From Bdellovibrionia bacterium (GTDB lineage Bacteria > Bdellovibrionota > UBA1018): a stretch of DNA of 64,000 nt. Positions 37,350-46,728 of the stretch are shown in pieces. Both the position numbers and the translations under genes were made by a program. A model generated the notes under the pieces. It saw only the letters and a list, made by a program, of their open reading frames with translations, had not been told where the DNA came from and did no database searches. The first letter of the stretch is position 1, and each line of letters opens with the position of its first letter. The stretch spans positions 118,048 to 182,047 of the forward strand of contig JBBARP010000005.1 in assembly GCA_040399745.1 (NCBI GenBank), given 5' to 3'.

Positions 37350-38888
37350 ATGACGAGGCCTTCCCTGCACGCCTACATTTTCTGGTTCGTGGCTACGCTC
37401 GCCTTACCCGTGTCTGGGATGGCGGACGCAGAACAGGACCCGGCTATGCAGGCGTATCACCGCCTGAGCTCAGCTAGGCCCAATCCCTATCACCTTTCGA
37501 TGAATTACTACTGGGATGAAGAAACCCAAAAAGCCAATCCTGAGGCCTTCCTCAAAGACCTTCAGACCGCCCGCACCCTGCCTAAGAACCTTCGGCTGGA
37601 GATTTTAGAAAGACTCGGGTTCAAACTCGGTGACAACTGGTCGAGCAAGAATGATGGAAAGCCCGAGGCCAATTTTGACCGCGCCTTCTCCTTCCTCGCC
37701 TCAGGAAAACCGTCAGAAGATAGCAACTGCGTGACTGCCCATGCCGTGCTGAGCTTTCAGGCGGCGAAGCATCTGGGGTTTGAGCCCGTGGCCCTCGGAG
37801 GCCACTGGATCACCCAAGGTGGAAAGGGGGGCAATCACGCCTATCTGCTCATTCACGACCCGGAAACGAAAGAATTCACGGTCATCAATTACGAGACTCA
37901 AAAAACGCTCTCCGTCCCGAAGCAACTTCCTCAAAATGTGCGTATCTCGGAAGCTGCACGCTTGGCGCAGGTTTCGCTAGGAGGCACACTCAATGTCCAG
38001 CTGGGCTCTCAAGGCGCTCACCTCACCAAGATGGGCGATATTCTGTCCCGAAAAGTGATTGGAGAATCGGCGCCTTCTGAAATCCGAAAAGAGACCCTGC
38101 CCGACGGAAGTTCCTTTGTCACCTATCGCCAAGGCGACTGGAGCATCGCACAGATTCAAACACCCGATGAAGGCACGATGGATTGGGTCGGAACTCAACA
38201 AAAATTAGGTAAGTTAGGCATTGCCGCCGGTATCACCCACCAAACCCTCGACAAAGACCACGAGCACAGTTCAGCCGTAGTTCAAATATGCCTTCAGTCG
38301 AGCCGAACTTCGAACCCCCTCTTTCAAGTGGAAGGGTTTGCCAAGGCGATTTTAGAAATCATCCAAACTAATTCCCCCGACAGCAGCGCCGTGAGCCAGC
38401 CCTACACAGCGGTAGGCGGGAAAGTTCAGCACAAACCCACGGGAGTGCAGCTTGCTGGCCTAGTGCAAGCGTTGCCGACATTCGAAGATAATACTAAAAT
38501 TACGACCCCGTTCCGGCTGGCCGCGAGCGCCCCGGTGGCCCGCGGTGTGCGCGCGGGCGTCGTTCATGGAAGCGCGGGTCTGACGACAACTGAAGGGCCC
38601 AGCACCAGCTACGTTGCCAGTGCGCGCGCGGAGAAGAGCCGCGGTCGCACCGGCGTAACGGCGGAGGCGCAGTTTTTGGACCGCGGCCAGGGCACCCGGG
38701 CCGGCGGCGCGGGCTTCGCGCTGGGGCTGAACTACCAACTGCGCGAAGGCGAGAGCGCGGGCATCCGAGTGCGAAGCGCCCAGGGCGCGTGGGGCGATCC
38801 GCTGGACTTGGAGGCGTACCTACGACCGGAGTACCGCGTGCCCGGCTCGGGGCCCCGGCTGGAGCTGCGCTGGGGGCGGAAGTGGTGA
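37350..38888 (+). CDS. Secreted protein with a possible transglutaminase-like Cys-His-Asp core and a Gly/Ala-rich beta-rich C-terminus
   Basis: Signal peptide MTRPSLHAYIFWFVATLALPVSGMA. A Cys...His...Asp spacing at DSNCVTAHAV...GNHAYLLIHDP resembles the transglutaminase-like fold, but this is tentative. Confidence 0.4.
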   Translation: MTRPSLHAYIFWFVATLALPVSGMADAEQDPAMQAYHRLSSARPNPYHLSMNYYWDEETQKANPEAFLKDLQTARTLPKNLRLEILERLGFKLGDNWSSKNDGKPEANFDRAFSFLASGKPSEDSNCVTAHAVLSFQAAKHLGFEPVALGGHWITQGGKGGNHAYLLIHDPETKEFTVINYETQKTLSVPKQLPQNVRISEAARLAQVSLGGTLNVQLGSQGAHLTKMGDILSRKVIGESAPSEIRKETLPDGSSFVTYRQGDWSIAQIQTPDEGTMDWVGTQQKLGKLGIAAGITHQTLDKDHEHSSAVVQICLQSSRTSNPLFQVEGFAKAILEIIQTNSPDSSAVSQPYTAVGGKVQHKPTGVQLAGLVQALPTFEDNTKITTPFRLAASAPVARGVRAGVVHGSAGLTTTEGPSTSYVASARAEKSRGRTGVTAEAQFLDRGQGTRAGGAGFALGLNYQLREGESAGIRVRSAQGAWGDPLDLEAYLRPEYRVPGSGPRLELRWGRKW

Positions 38889-38912
38889 AAAAGCGAGGAA
38901 CCAGGTAAGTCG

Positions 38913-41099
38913 ATGGGCGTGCTGCTGAATTCCTTCAAAGTCGACACTTCCCGGCGATCGGTGTTGCTGCTGATTGCGCTCGTGCTTTTACCTATCGTGA
39001 GTCAAGGCGTTCCTGCCGCCTATTCCTCCGTTCTACTGATCGCTCAAGCTCTGGCCGTCTTTCTTCTACTCAAGCGACGATCCCTCGCTACCGATCCATC
39101 CACTCGGAAAAATCTCCTTTGGCTCTCGCTTGGAATCGGATCAGCGATGGTCGCCGATCTCCACACGAACTGGGGTGTACTCACCCAATCCGTGAATGAG
39201 ACCACTGCGATGTTCCAAGAGTTTGCCTACAGCGCATTCCTTGCATGCTTCGTAGCCTTGAGCATTCGCTATTTCTTGAGAGGCGGCGGTCCCACCACAA
39301 CCGCCATCGCGTGGACAGCGGGTCTGGTTCATGGCCTTCTATCGATCAAATTTATCCTGATTCCCTATTTTGATCGGTCGGTCACGCCGACGGTCTATTA
39401 CTCCATTACCAGTGTCGCGTATTCGATTCTTTCCTCAGTCCTGTTCGGAATTCTCTTCGCAGCAACGAGTCGAATCATTGGCTTTCACCATTTTATTTTT
39501 GCGCAAGCCACACTCCTCTTACTCAGTGGCGATTTTTATATTCGATATCAATGGGCCGCGATCACTCAGACGACCTTTTCCTGGACTGAGCCCTTTTGGG
39601 GAATCGCGTTCTCCTGTTACCTCTGGCTTGCAATCGAAAGAAAGACACTCTTCCCGGAGCGGACTTCAGGAGTTCTAGCGCCTGAAACCTCGATCCGAGC
39701 GAGAATGGCCCAGCTCTTCTTGGCAGCAGTATTGATCATTACGGCCAGTTTCCTGCTCCTTGGCGTTTACGCGACCGAAACAGCCTTTGATCTTACAGTC
39801 CTCTTACTCTGGCTTTTCGTGGTCTGGCTTTTGGCGAATGTGATGAGTCTTTACTTCTCCAACAAGATTAACACCGCGCGGGAGCGTATCTCCCTGGGCT
39901 CTGAGGAGTTTCGCGACTCAGCCACCGGCGTCCTCGAGATCGACGAGATCATCCAAGCCCACGAGGCGGCAGTTGCCGGCGCTATCCAGCTACAAGCGGA
40001 TCTTGCGAAAGCGAAGGAAAGCGAAAAGGTCGCTAAGCTTTCCCAGCAAATCGCTCACGACATCCGTTCACCCTTGGCCGCGCTCAGCGTTCTCGAAACC
40101 GAGCTCAATCAGCTTCCCGAGGACACACGCCTCCTTCTTCGAAGCGCGGTGCAAAGAATCCGAGATATCTCGAACGGCCTTCTGAGCAAAAAAAGCGAAA
40201 CTCAAGCTCGCACTGAAGGCCGGCCTGAGGGGGAATCCCTGATTCACCTCCTGGCGACGGTAGAACCCCTGATTTCTGAAAAACGAACGCAGTACCGGAA
40301 AAACGAAGCACTGCAGTTGGATTTCACGCCAAGCCCAGAAAGCTACGGCCTTTTCACGCAAATCAACCCAACCGAATTCAAGCGCGTCCTCTCGAACCTG
40401 ATCGACAACGCCGTGGAATCACTGCCTGCTCCAGGGGGAAAAGTCACCGTCGCGCTCAGTCTTGCCCATGGAATGGCAACGCTCGACGTTTTGGATACGG
40501 GCCGCGGTATTGCGCAGGACCTTCTACCGGAACTCGGAAAAGTGCGCGGCTTGACCCGAGGCAAAGAAAGCGGCTCGGGCCTTGGACTGTTTCACGCAAG
40601 AACACAGGTGGAAGCAGCGGGCGGTAGCCTCCAGATTCGTTCAGAACTGGGGAAGGGCACCTGCGTGACGCTTCAGCTTCCGCTCGGCCCGACCCCCGAT
40701 TGGTTCGTCTCTGAGCTCAAGCTCGCGGAGCGTTCCCAACTCATCATCGTGGATGACGATGAATCGATTCACCAAGTTTGGCGCTCTCGCTTCGAAAAAC
40801 TCAAGCCAGCTAGCCAGTCGATTCAACTCCTTCACTTTCGGACCCCGTTGGAATTTGCCGAATTTCTTGCTGAAGATTCGAATGCTGTCGAAGCACCCCG
40901 CCTCTATCTGATGGACTACGAGCTACTGGGGCATCGCGAAAACGGCCTCGACCTGATCGAGCGTTTTGGCTTGGCGAGTAAAAGCATTCTCGTCACGGGC
41001 CGTTTTGATGACCCCTTCTTGAAGTCCCGCGCGGCGCGAATCGCAGTCCCCCTGATCCCAAAATCCATGGCAGGACTCGTACCGATTCGGATTTTCTAA
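38913..41099 (+). CDS. Hybrid sensor histidine kinase: ~8-TM N-terminal sensor, HisKA, HATPase_c, and a C-terminal receiver domain
   Basis: H-box IAHDIRSPLAAL, N/G boxes DNAVES...DTGRGI...GSGLGL, and a receiver with LIIVDDDESIH...LMDYELLG. Confidence 0.75.
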   Translation: MGVLLNSFKVDTSRRSVLLLIALVLLPIVSQGVPAAYSSVLLIAQALAVFLLLKRRSLATDPSTRKNLLWLSLGIGSAMVADLHTNWGVLTQSVNETTAMFQEFAYSAFLACFVALSIRYFLRGGGPTTTAIAWTAGLVHGLLSIKFILIPYFDRSVTPTVYYSITSVAYSILSSVLFGILFAATSRIIGFHHFIFAQATLLLLSGDFYIRYQWAAITQTTFSWTEPFWGIAFSCYLWLAIERKTLFPERTSGVLAPETSIRARMAQLFLAAVLIITASFLLLGVYATETAFDLTVLLLWLFVVWLLANVMSLYFSNKINTARERISLGSEEFRDSATGVLEIDEIIQAHEAAVAGAIQLQADLAKAKESEKVAKLSQQIAHDIRSPLAALSVLETELNQLPEDTRLLLRSAVQRIRDISNGLLSKKSETQARTEGRPEGESLIHLLATVEPLISEKRTQYRKNEALQLDFTPSPESYGLFTQINPTEFKRVLSNLIDNAVESLPAPGGKVTVALSLAHGMATLDVLDTGRGIAQDLLPELGKVRGLTRGKESGSGLGLFHARTQVEAAGGSLQIRSELGKGTCVTLQLPLGPTPDWFVSELKLAERSQLIIVDDDESIHQVWRSRFEKLKPASQSIQLLHFRTPLEFAEFLAEDSNAVEAPRLYLMDYELLGHRENGLDLIERFGLASKSILVTGRFDDPFLKSRAARIAVPLIPKSMAGLVPIRIF

Positions 41100-41141
41100 C
41101 GCGGCTTGCGTCCTCACCCTGTTTCGGGAGAAAATCGCCGC

Positions 41142-41651
41142 ATGACGAAAAAACTCCTCCTGATTGTGGCTATTGCTTTTACCTGGATCGCGGCACCCAC
41201 AGCACACGCCCTCACGGTGAGCGCTGAAGGGGGTTGGTCCAGTGTCAGCGGCGACGCTTACACCTCAACCAAAAGCTCGGGCACGAACTACGGCGGCGCT
41301 CTGCGCATGTCATTCGCCCCGATGATCGAAGCCGGCGCTTTCTACAAGAAAGGCTCGGTCGACCTGAACGCAGGCGGTTCGACTGGCACCCGGTTTTACG
41401 GCCTGACCGTGCAAGGCAACTTGCCAGCAATGTTCTTTGTCGAAGGTCGCCTGGGCATGCACAGCTTCACGGGCAACGACAGCTCACTCGGTTACGGCGC
41501 TGGTCTTGGCTACAACTTCCTGAGCGCGGGCATTGTGAAACTCTCGGCCGTGGGCGCTTATCAATCGGCTCCCTACAAAGCTTCCGGAAGCAGCACCACT
41601 GTTTCAGGAACCAACTTCGACATCAATCTGCGTTTGACCGCAGGCTTCTGA
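41142..41651 (+). CDS. Small outer-membrane beta-barrel protein (OmpA/OmpW-like 8-strand barrel)
   Basis: Signal peptide MTKKLLLIVAIAFTWIAAPTAHA, alternating amphipathic strands, and a C-terminal ...LRLTAGF. Confidence 0.55.
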   Translation: MTKKLLLIVAIAFTWIAAPTAHALTVSAEGGWSSVSGDAYTSTKSSGTNYGGALRMSFAPMIEAGAFYKKGSVDLNAGGSTGTRFYGLTVQGNLPAMFFVEGRLGMHSFTGNDSSLGYGAGLGYNFLSAGIVKLSAVGAYQSAPYKASGSSTTVSGTNFDINLRLTAGF

Positions 41652-41656
41652 TTTTC

Positions 41657-41692
41657 AAGCCGAAGCGGAAATCCCGCTTCGGCTTTTTTCAT
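41657..41692 (+). terminator. Rho-independent terminator
   Basis: gccgaagcgg-aaat-cccgcttcggc hairpin followed by a T6 run, directly after the OMP gene. Confidence 0.7.
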
Positions 41693-41707
41693 TTCACGGC
41701 CTCGCGA

Positions 41708-42562
41708 TCAGAACGGGATCTTCATCTTCAGGCCCTGAATCTTACCGCCGTCATCAACAAAGATGTCGTACCAAGCGTGGGCGAAGATGTTCTTCCGAAG
41801 GTCGGCGTGATTTCGTTCCACCTGCCAACAAAACAGCATTCCGCCGATAAACCGCTGAATCATCGGGCTTGCCTGTAGCTCGGCCTTTCCACCGGTGCCG
41901 TGAATAGCGGCAAAAGCGGCCGAAGAGGTGATTGCACCGATCCAGCGCGAGCCTAAATTTTGGCTGAAAGAAGGGTACAAGAAGCCGCGAAAGAGCCCCT
42001 CCTCACCTAGCCCCACAAAGCCGTACATCAAGACTGTGGAGGGACTCCGAAGAACGGGATAGCCACCCGAGGAACCGGCTGCTGCACCAAACGCCACAAT
42101 AGGTGCGCCAATGGGATCAATCAGATTCAGGGGATTCAAAAAAGCGGCGTAGTTTTCATAAACCGAATGCTTCGCAGCGCCCGAGGCCCCGGCATCCCGA
42201 TAAGCGTCGTACATTTGGTACATCCACAAATCCCAGCCCGCTTGCGAAAGCTGCGAGTTGCCCGAGCCGTAGAGCGCCACCACCGCCCCCAGCCACCCCA
42301 GGCCCTCAAAGAAGTTGCTATTCACCATCTGGCCCAAGCCAGGAACGATACTCAGCGTTCCCACCCCGCCTGGTAAACTCGATGCCCGTGCTGGCTGGGA
42401 ACTCGCTACTCCCAAGACCAACGCCAAGGTCATGGTCATGGTCGCCCCAAAACCCCACCCCCGAGCCAATCTCTGATTCCCCATCCAAAAAGTGTAAGGC
42501 CAGACGCGTTCCGCAGACACACAAAACAAAAGTGGCCGCAGCGGAAACTCCGCCACGGCCAC
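41708..42562 (-). CDS. CPBP-family (CAAX protease/Abi) intramembrane metalloprotease
   Basis: Motifs EEGLFRGFLY (EExxxR), FAAIHG (FxxxH) and HAWYD (HxxxD/N), with multiple TM segments. Confidence 0.65.
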   Translation of the reverse strand: MAVAEFPLRPLLFCVSAERVWPYTFWMGNQRLARGWGFGATMTMTLALVLGVASSQPARASSLPGGVGTLSIVPGLGQMVNSNFFEGLGWLGAVVALYGSGNSQLSQAGWDLWMYQMYDAYRDAGASGAAKHSVYENYAAFLNPLNLIDPIGAPIVAFGAAAGSSGGYPVLRSPSTVLMYGFVGLGEEGLFRGFLYPSFSQNLGSRWIGAITSSAAFAAIHGTGGKAELQASPMIQRFIGGMLFCWQVERNHADLRKNIFAHAWYDIFVDDGGKIQGLKMKIPF

Positions 42563-42587
42563 CTTCGCTTACCGATCGATCCTTCGA

Positions 42588-44666
42588 TCAGAATCCTTTT
42601 TTGTAACGAGCCGGGCGATCTCCGCCTTCAGAACCGGAAGCTCCGTTCCAGCTGCGCTTGAAGTCGCTTTTCTTGGCGTATCCACCGCCACCGAAAGGAC
42701 GCTTGCCTGCGCTATCGCCGAAGCTGCGCTCAGAACCGCCGCCAAAGCCGCGCTTCTCACCGCCACCGAAACCACCGCCGCCAAAGCCGCGCTTCTCGCC
42801 ACCGCCAAAACCGCCGCCGTAGCTGCGTTTTTCGCCGCTGCCGAAGCCACCACCGTAGCCGCGCTTCTCACCGCCAGCTGCTGCGCCGCCGCCGTAACTC
42901 CGCTCGCCACCAAAGCCACGCTTCGGTGCACCGAAACCACGTTCACCGCCAAAACCGCGATCTTTGCTGAAGCCGCGCTTCTCGGCACCAAAGCCTCCGC
43001 GCTCGAACTTCCCGTAGCCGCGTTTTTCGCCGCCACCAAACCCTTGGCCTTCAGGCTGTGGGTCGCGCTTTTTATAGTCGCCATACGGCTTCTTTGCGCG
43101 CGGCCAAGCTTGTTCTTCTGCCGCGACAGGAGCTGCTGCTGCCTGAGCAGCGACTGGCTGCTGATTCTGGGCTACCGCTTCAATTTGTGCATCCGAGAGA
43201 ACGCCCGTCGTTGCTTCGCCTTCTCCAATCTGGATCAGAGGCTTGCGCGGAGCAGCCGGTCTTTCAAGCGGCTTAGGAACGCTCATCGAACCAGAAGGCG
43301 AAGGCCGGGTGCCGCGACGCTCGCGAGCGCCCAGAACTTCGTTCTTCGTTTCCATTTCTTTCGAAGGCATCGCCAACATATCGGCGAACTTCAGCCCCAA
43401 GAAACGAGCCACGATCTCGGTCTTATCCATGGCCTCGATGGCCGTGGTCCACTCGGTTCCGATCACTTCGAGAGCGCGAGTCGGATCGACAGCCTGGAAA
43501 GTGCCCAGGGCGCCGGCGATCTTCTTCTTCGTCACTTCTTTGCGGTTCGGGATTTGACCCTTCGTCATTTTGGACTTGGTCATTTTCTCGATCTTGGTCA
43601 CCAGCGGCATGTGGCTCGGCGTAACCAAGCTCAAAGCGCTGCCGCTCTTTCCGCTGCGGCCCGTTCGGCCAATGCGGTGAACGTAGTGATCCAATTCACG
43701 CGGCAAACTGTAGTTCACCACATGGGTCAGGTCCTGCACATCCAAACCGCGGCAAGCCACGTCGGTGCAAACCAGGATCTTGTTCGTGCGGTCGCGGAAC
43801 GAACGCATGGCTCGGTCGCGTGCTTTTTGATCCATATCGCCGTGCAAGCAATCCACCGGATAGCCATGACGCGAAAGCTGATCGGTCAAGTCGATGACCA
43901 GGGACTTGGTTTGGCAGAACACCAAGCCGTAGAAGTCGTCTGCGAAATCGATGAGCTTCTCGAGAATCTCGGGCTTATCCATTTCCTTCACGACGTAGAA
44001 AGTCTGCTCGACGGTGCCAGACAAACCAGCCGCTTTATTGATCTGCACGCTTTCCGGGTTATCCAGGAAGCGGTCCGCAATTCTGCGAACTTCTGGGCTC
44101 ATCGTAGCCGAGAACAGCCAAGTCTTGCGCTGACTCTCGTCCACTTGAAGCAGGATGGCTTCCAAGTCTTCTTTGAAACCCATCGAAATCATTTCGTCGG
44201 CTTCGTCGAGAACGACGGTGCGAACTTTAGAAAGCTTCGCAGTACCGCGGGTCAAGTGATCGACCAAACGGCCAGGCGTTGCGACCACAATCGACGCGCC
44301 ATCGCGGAGGCCGCGAATTTGATCACCGTAAGCTGCGCCGCCGTAAATCGGCAAAGCGCGAACTCGTTTATACTTACCCAGGAGATTAATTTGGCCTGCC
44401 ACTTGGACAGCCAATTCGCGCGTCGGGCAAAGCACGACGGCCTGGACACCGTGAATCGAAGGATCCACTTGTTCGATCAAAGGAATGGCGAAAGCGGCGG
44501 TCTTGCCGGTTCCGGTGGCCGCAAGGCCTAAGAAATCTGTACCCTCTGTTGCTCCGAGAAGCTTTGGCAGCGTCTGTGCCTGGATCGGAGTCGGCGATTC
44601 AAAACCCAATTCCTGAATCGCGCGGGCAACTTCAGGGGAAAGCGAAAACTCTTGAAAAGACTGCAT
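42588..44666 (-). CDS. DEAD-box ATP-dependent RNA helicase with a long Gly-rich (GGGEKRGFGGG) C-terminal tail
   Basis: Motifs AxTGTGKT, PTRELA, DEAD (VLDEADEM), SAT, and HRIGRTGR. The ~200-aa C-terminal low-complexity tail has repeated FGGGEKRG[FY]GGG units. The probable start is MQSFQEFSL. Confidence 0.85.
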   Translation of the reverse strand: MQSFQEFSLSPEVARAIQELGFESPTPIQAQTLPKLLGATEGTDFLGLAATGTGKTAAFAIPLIEQVDPSIHGVQAVVLCPTRELAVQVAGQINLLGKYKRVRALPIYGGAAYGDQIRGLRDGASIVVATPGRLVDHLTRGTAKLSKVRTVVLDEADEMISMGFKEDLEAILLQVDESQRKTWLFSATMSPEVRRIADRFLDNPESVQINKAAGLSGTVEQTFYVVKEMDKPEILEKLIDFADDFYGLVFCQTKSLVIDLTDQLSRHGYPVDCLHGDMDQKARDRAMRSFRDRTNKILVCTDVACRGLDVQDLTHVVNYSLPRELDHYVHRIGRTGRSGKSGSALSLVTPSHMPLVTKIEKMTKSKMTKGQIPNRKEVTKKKIAGALGTFQAVDPTRALEVIGTEWTTAIEAMDKTEIVARFLGLKFADMLAMPSKEMETKNEVLGARERRGTRPSPSGSMSVPKPLERPAAPRKPLIQIGEGEATTGVLSDAQIEAVAQNQQPVAAQAAAAPVAAEEQAWPRAKKPYGDYKKRDPQPEGQGFGGGEKRGYGKFERGGFGAEKRGFSKDRGFGGERGFGAPKRGFGGERSYGGGAAAGGEKRGYGGGFGSGEKRSYGGGFGGGEKRGFGGGGFGGGEKRGFGGGSERSFGDSAGKRPFGGGGYAKKSDFKRSWNGASGSEGGDRPARYKKGF
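42700..42960. repeat. In-frame tandem DNA repeats (~39-bp unit) encoding the Gly-rich helicase tail
   Basis: The unit gccgcgcttctcaccgccaccgaaaccaccgccgccaaa recurs about 3-4 times, degenerate. Confidence 0.6.
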
Positions 44667-44832
44667 GTGTGCCGCGGGAAGTACCCCATTAGGTTCATTT
44701 AGCAAACTAAAATCCGACAAAAAGACACGGATTTTTCTGATCGGTGCCCATCGGCCTGCCTTTTCGAACCCCTCCCCTTTTCACACCCTTTGCCTTGCAC
44801 CCATCGAGGACGGCCGCTAAAACCGAGCCATC

Positions 44833-45591
44833 ATGAAACGCAAAGCTCTCATTGTTGGTGTCGCGAACGAACGCAGCCTGGCCTGGTCCATTGCACAAGA
44901 GCTGCATAAACAAGGGGTTGAGCTGGCTTTCACGTATTTGGGTGAATCGCTCGAACGCCGCGTCCGCCCGCTCGCCGAGAGCGTGGGCGCCACGATCATT
45001 GAGCCCTGCAACGTCCAAGACGATGCGCAACTGGACGCCCTTTTCGCGAAAATCCAAAAAGAATGGGGCCACCTGGACTCGGTCGTTCACTCGGTCGCTT
45101 TCGGCAAAAAAGAGGACCTAGAAGGCCGCTTTGTGACCACTTCGCGCGACGGCTTCATGCTGGCCATGGACGTCAGCGCCTACTCGCTTTTGGCCTTGGC
45201 CAAGCGGGCAGAGCCCCTGATGCAGGATCGCCGCGGCAGCATCCTGACCTTGTCGTACTACGGCGCTGAAAAAGTGGTGCCCAACTACAACATGATGGGC
45301 GTCGCGAAAGCCGCTCTGGAAGCCTGCGTCCGGTACCTGGCTTGGGATATGGGCACTCAGAGCAAAGTCACGGTCAACGCCATTTCGGCAGGCCCGGTGA
45401 AGACCCTGGCCGCCGCAGGGATTCGCGATTTCCGCACCATGCTTTCGTCGGCAGCCGAGAAAACTCCGCTCCGCGAAAACATCGACCAAGAAGACGTCGG
45501 CGCCTTGGGTGCTTTCCTTTTGAGCCCGGCTGCCCGCCACATCACCGGATCTACGATGTATGTGGATTCCGGCGCTCACATCATGGCGTAA
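44833..45591 (+). CDS. fabI: Enoyl-[acyl-carrier-protein] reductase (NADH), FabI
   Basis: An SDR fold with the FabI pattern: IVGVANERSLAW, Tyr-x6-Lys (YNMMGVAKAALE), and a C-terminal TGSTMYVDSG. Confidence 0.85.
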   Translation: MKRKALIVGVANERSLAWSIAQELHKQGVELAFTYLGESLERRVRPLAESVGATIIEPCNVQDDAQLDALFAKIQKEWGHLDSVVHSVAFGKKEDLEGRFVTTSRDGFMLAMDVSAYSLLALAKRAEPLMQDRRGSILTLSYYGAEKVVPNYNMMGVAKAALEACVRYLAWDMGTQSKVTVNAISAGPVKTLAAAGIRDFRTMLSSAAEKTPLRENIDQEDVGALGAFLLSPAARHITGSTMYVDSGAHIMA

Positions 45592-45603
45592 GAGGGCTTT
45601 CCC

Positions 45604-46566
45604 TTGATCAAGACCGCAAAGGGTTTGACCGAGCTGCATCGGCACCTGGACGTGTGCACGCGCACGTCCACGCTCCTGGAGCTGGCCATGGAGCAAGGAC
45701 TGGAGGGGCAAAGTACTTCGCTTGAGGCCTTCTCCCAAAAGGTCCTTTTGAAGGAACCCTTTCAAAACCTTCAAGCCGTTCTCGATGCGTTTGAGCTTTT
45801 CTCGAAGGTTTTGAAAACCCCGAAGGCCATCGAACGCGTCGCTTTTGAAGCGGCTGAGGACTGTTGGAAAGAAGGCATTCGCAAGGTGGAGTTCCGCTTT
45901 TCGCCTGCCTTCATGACCCTGCACTCGGGGTTAAACTGGGAAGAGGTGCTGCAAGCCATTGAGGCAGGCCTACAAAAGGCCCGCGCCTACTTTCCCGACC
46001 TGCGAGTGGGCCTGATCGTGATCATTTCCCGCGACCTTGGCATGGAAGCCGCTGAAAAAACGGCCGCCTTTTACCTTTCTCATCAAAGAAGGTTGATCGG
46101 GCTGGATCTAGCAGGCCCAGAGGACACCTTTCCTTGCCGAGATTTTGAATCGCTGTTTCAGCCCATTCGGAAAACTCCGGGCGCCCACATCACCGTCCAT
46201 GCCGGCGAAAGCGCAGGCCCAGAACAGATCTGGGAAGCCATCGATCTTCTCGGCGCCCAGCGCATCGGACATGGCGTGGCTTTCACCCAAGACCCAAAAC
46301 TCGAGCAGGAATTGGCTAAGCGTCGCATCTGCCTCGAGATGTGCCCCACCTCGAACTGGCTGACCCGCTGTGTGCCCAGCCTGGAGGCCCACCCGCTCCC
46401 CCGGGCCCTTCGCGCCGGCATCCCGGTTTGCATCAATACCGACGATCCTGGAGCCTTTGGCGTCACTTTGCCGCACGAACTGGAAGTCTGTCGCACCCGC
46501 CTTGGCCTGACTGAGGCCGAAATCGAGACTTGCCAGGTCAACGCACGCACCCACGCATTTTTTTGA
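45604..46566 (+). CDS. add: Adenosine deaminase family protein
   Basis: ELHRHLD, VHAGESAG and CINTDDPGAF metal-binding motifs of the ADA family. Confidence 0.7.
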   Translation: MIKTAKGLTELHRHLDVCTRTSTLLELAMEQGLEGQSTSLEAFSQKVLLKEPFQNLQAVLDAFELFSKVLKTPKAIERVAFEAAEDCWKEGIRKVEFRFSPAFMTLHSGLNWEEVLQAIEAGLQKARAYFPDLRVGLIVIISRDLGMEAAEKTAAFYLSHQRRLIGLDLAGPEDTFPCRDFESLFQPIRKTPGAHITVHAGESAGPEQIWEAIDLLGAQRIGHGVAFTQDPKLEQELAKRRICLEMCPTSNWLTRCVPSLEAHPLPRALRAGIPVCINTDDPGAFGVTLPHELEVCRTRLGLTEAEIETCQVNARTHAFF

Positions 46567-46676
46567 TTTTTTCCATTGCAACCACAGAAAGACGAGCGTA
46601 GAAGCACGCCTATCAAGGTTTCCGCGGGGCCCCCTTCCCCCCCCACACACACTGAATGTGGCTTCGCGGCGATAAA

Positions 46677-46720
46677 GGACTCGGAGAAGCGATTCTCCGG
46701 GTCCTTAATTGTTTCTGGGG
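46677..46720 (+). terminator. Hairpin with a GNRA loop plus a T-rich tail, a probable terminator between the convergent add and GGDEF genes
   Basis: ggactcggagaa-gcga-ttctccgggtcc followed by ttaattgtttctggggttt. Confidence 0.4.
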
Positions 46721-46728
46721 TTTGAAGG

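Noticed and set aside
42700-42960. Possible CRISPR-like direct repeats
   Set aside because: The repeats are in-frame coding repeats for the Gly-rich helicase tail. They have no spacers of unique sequence and no cas genes.
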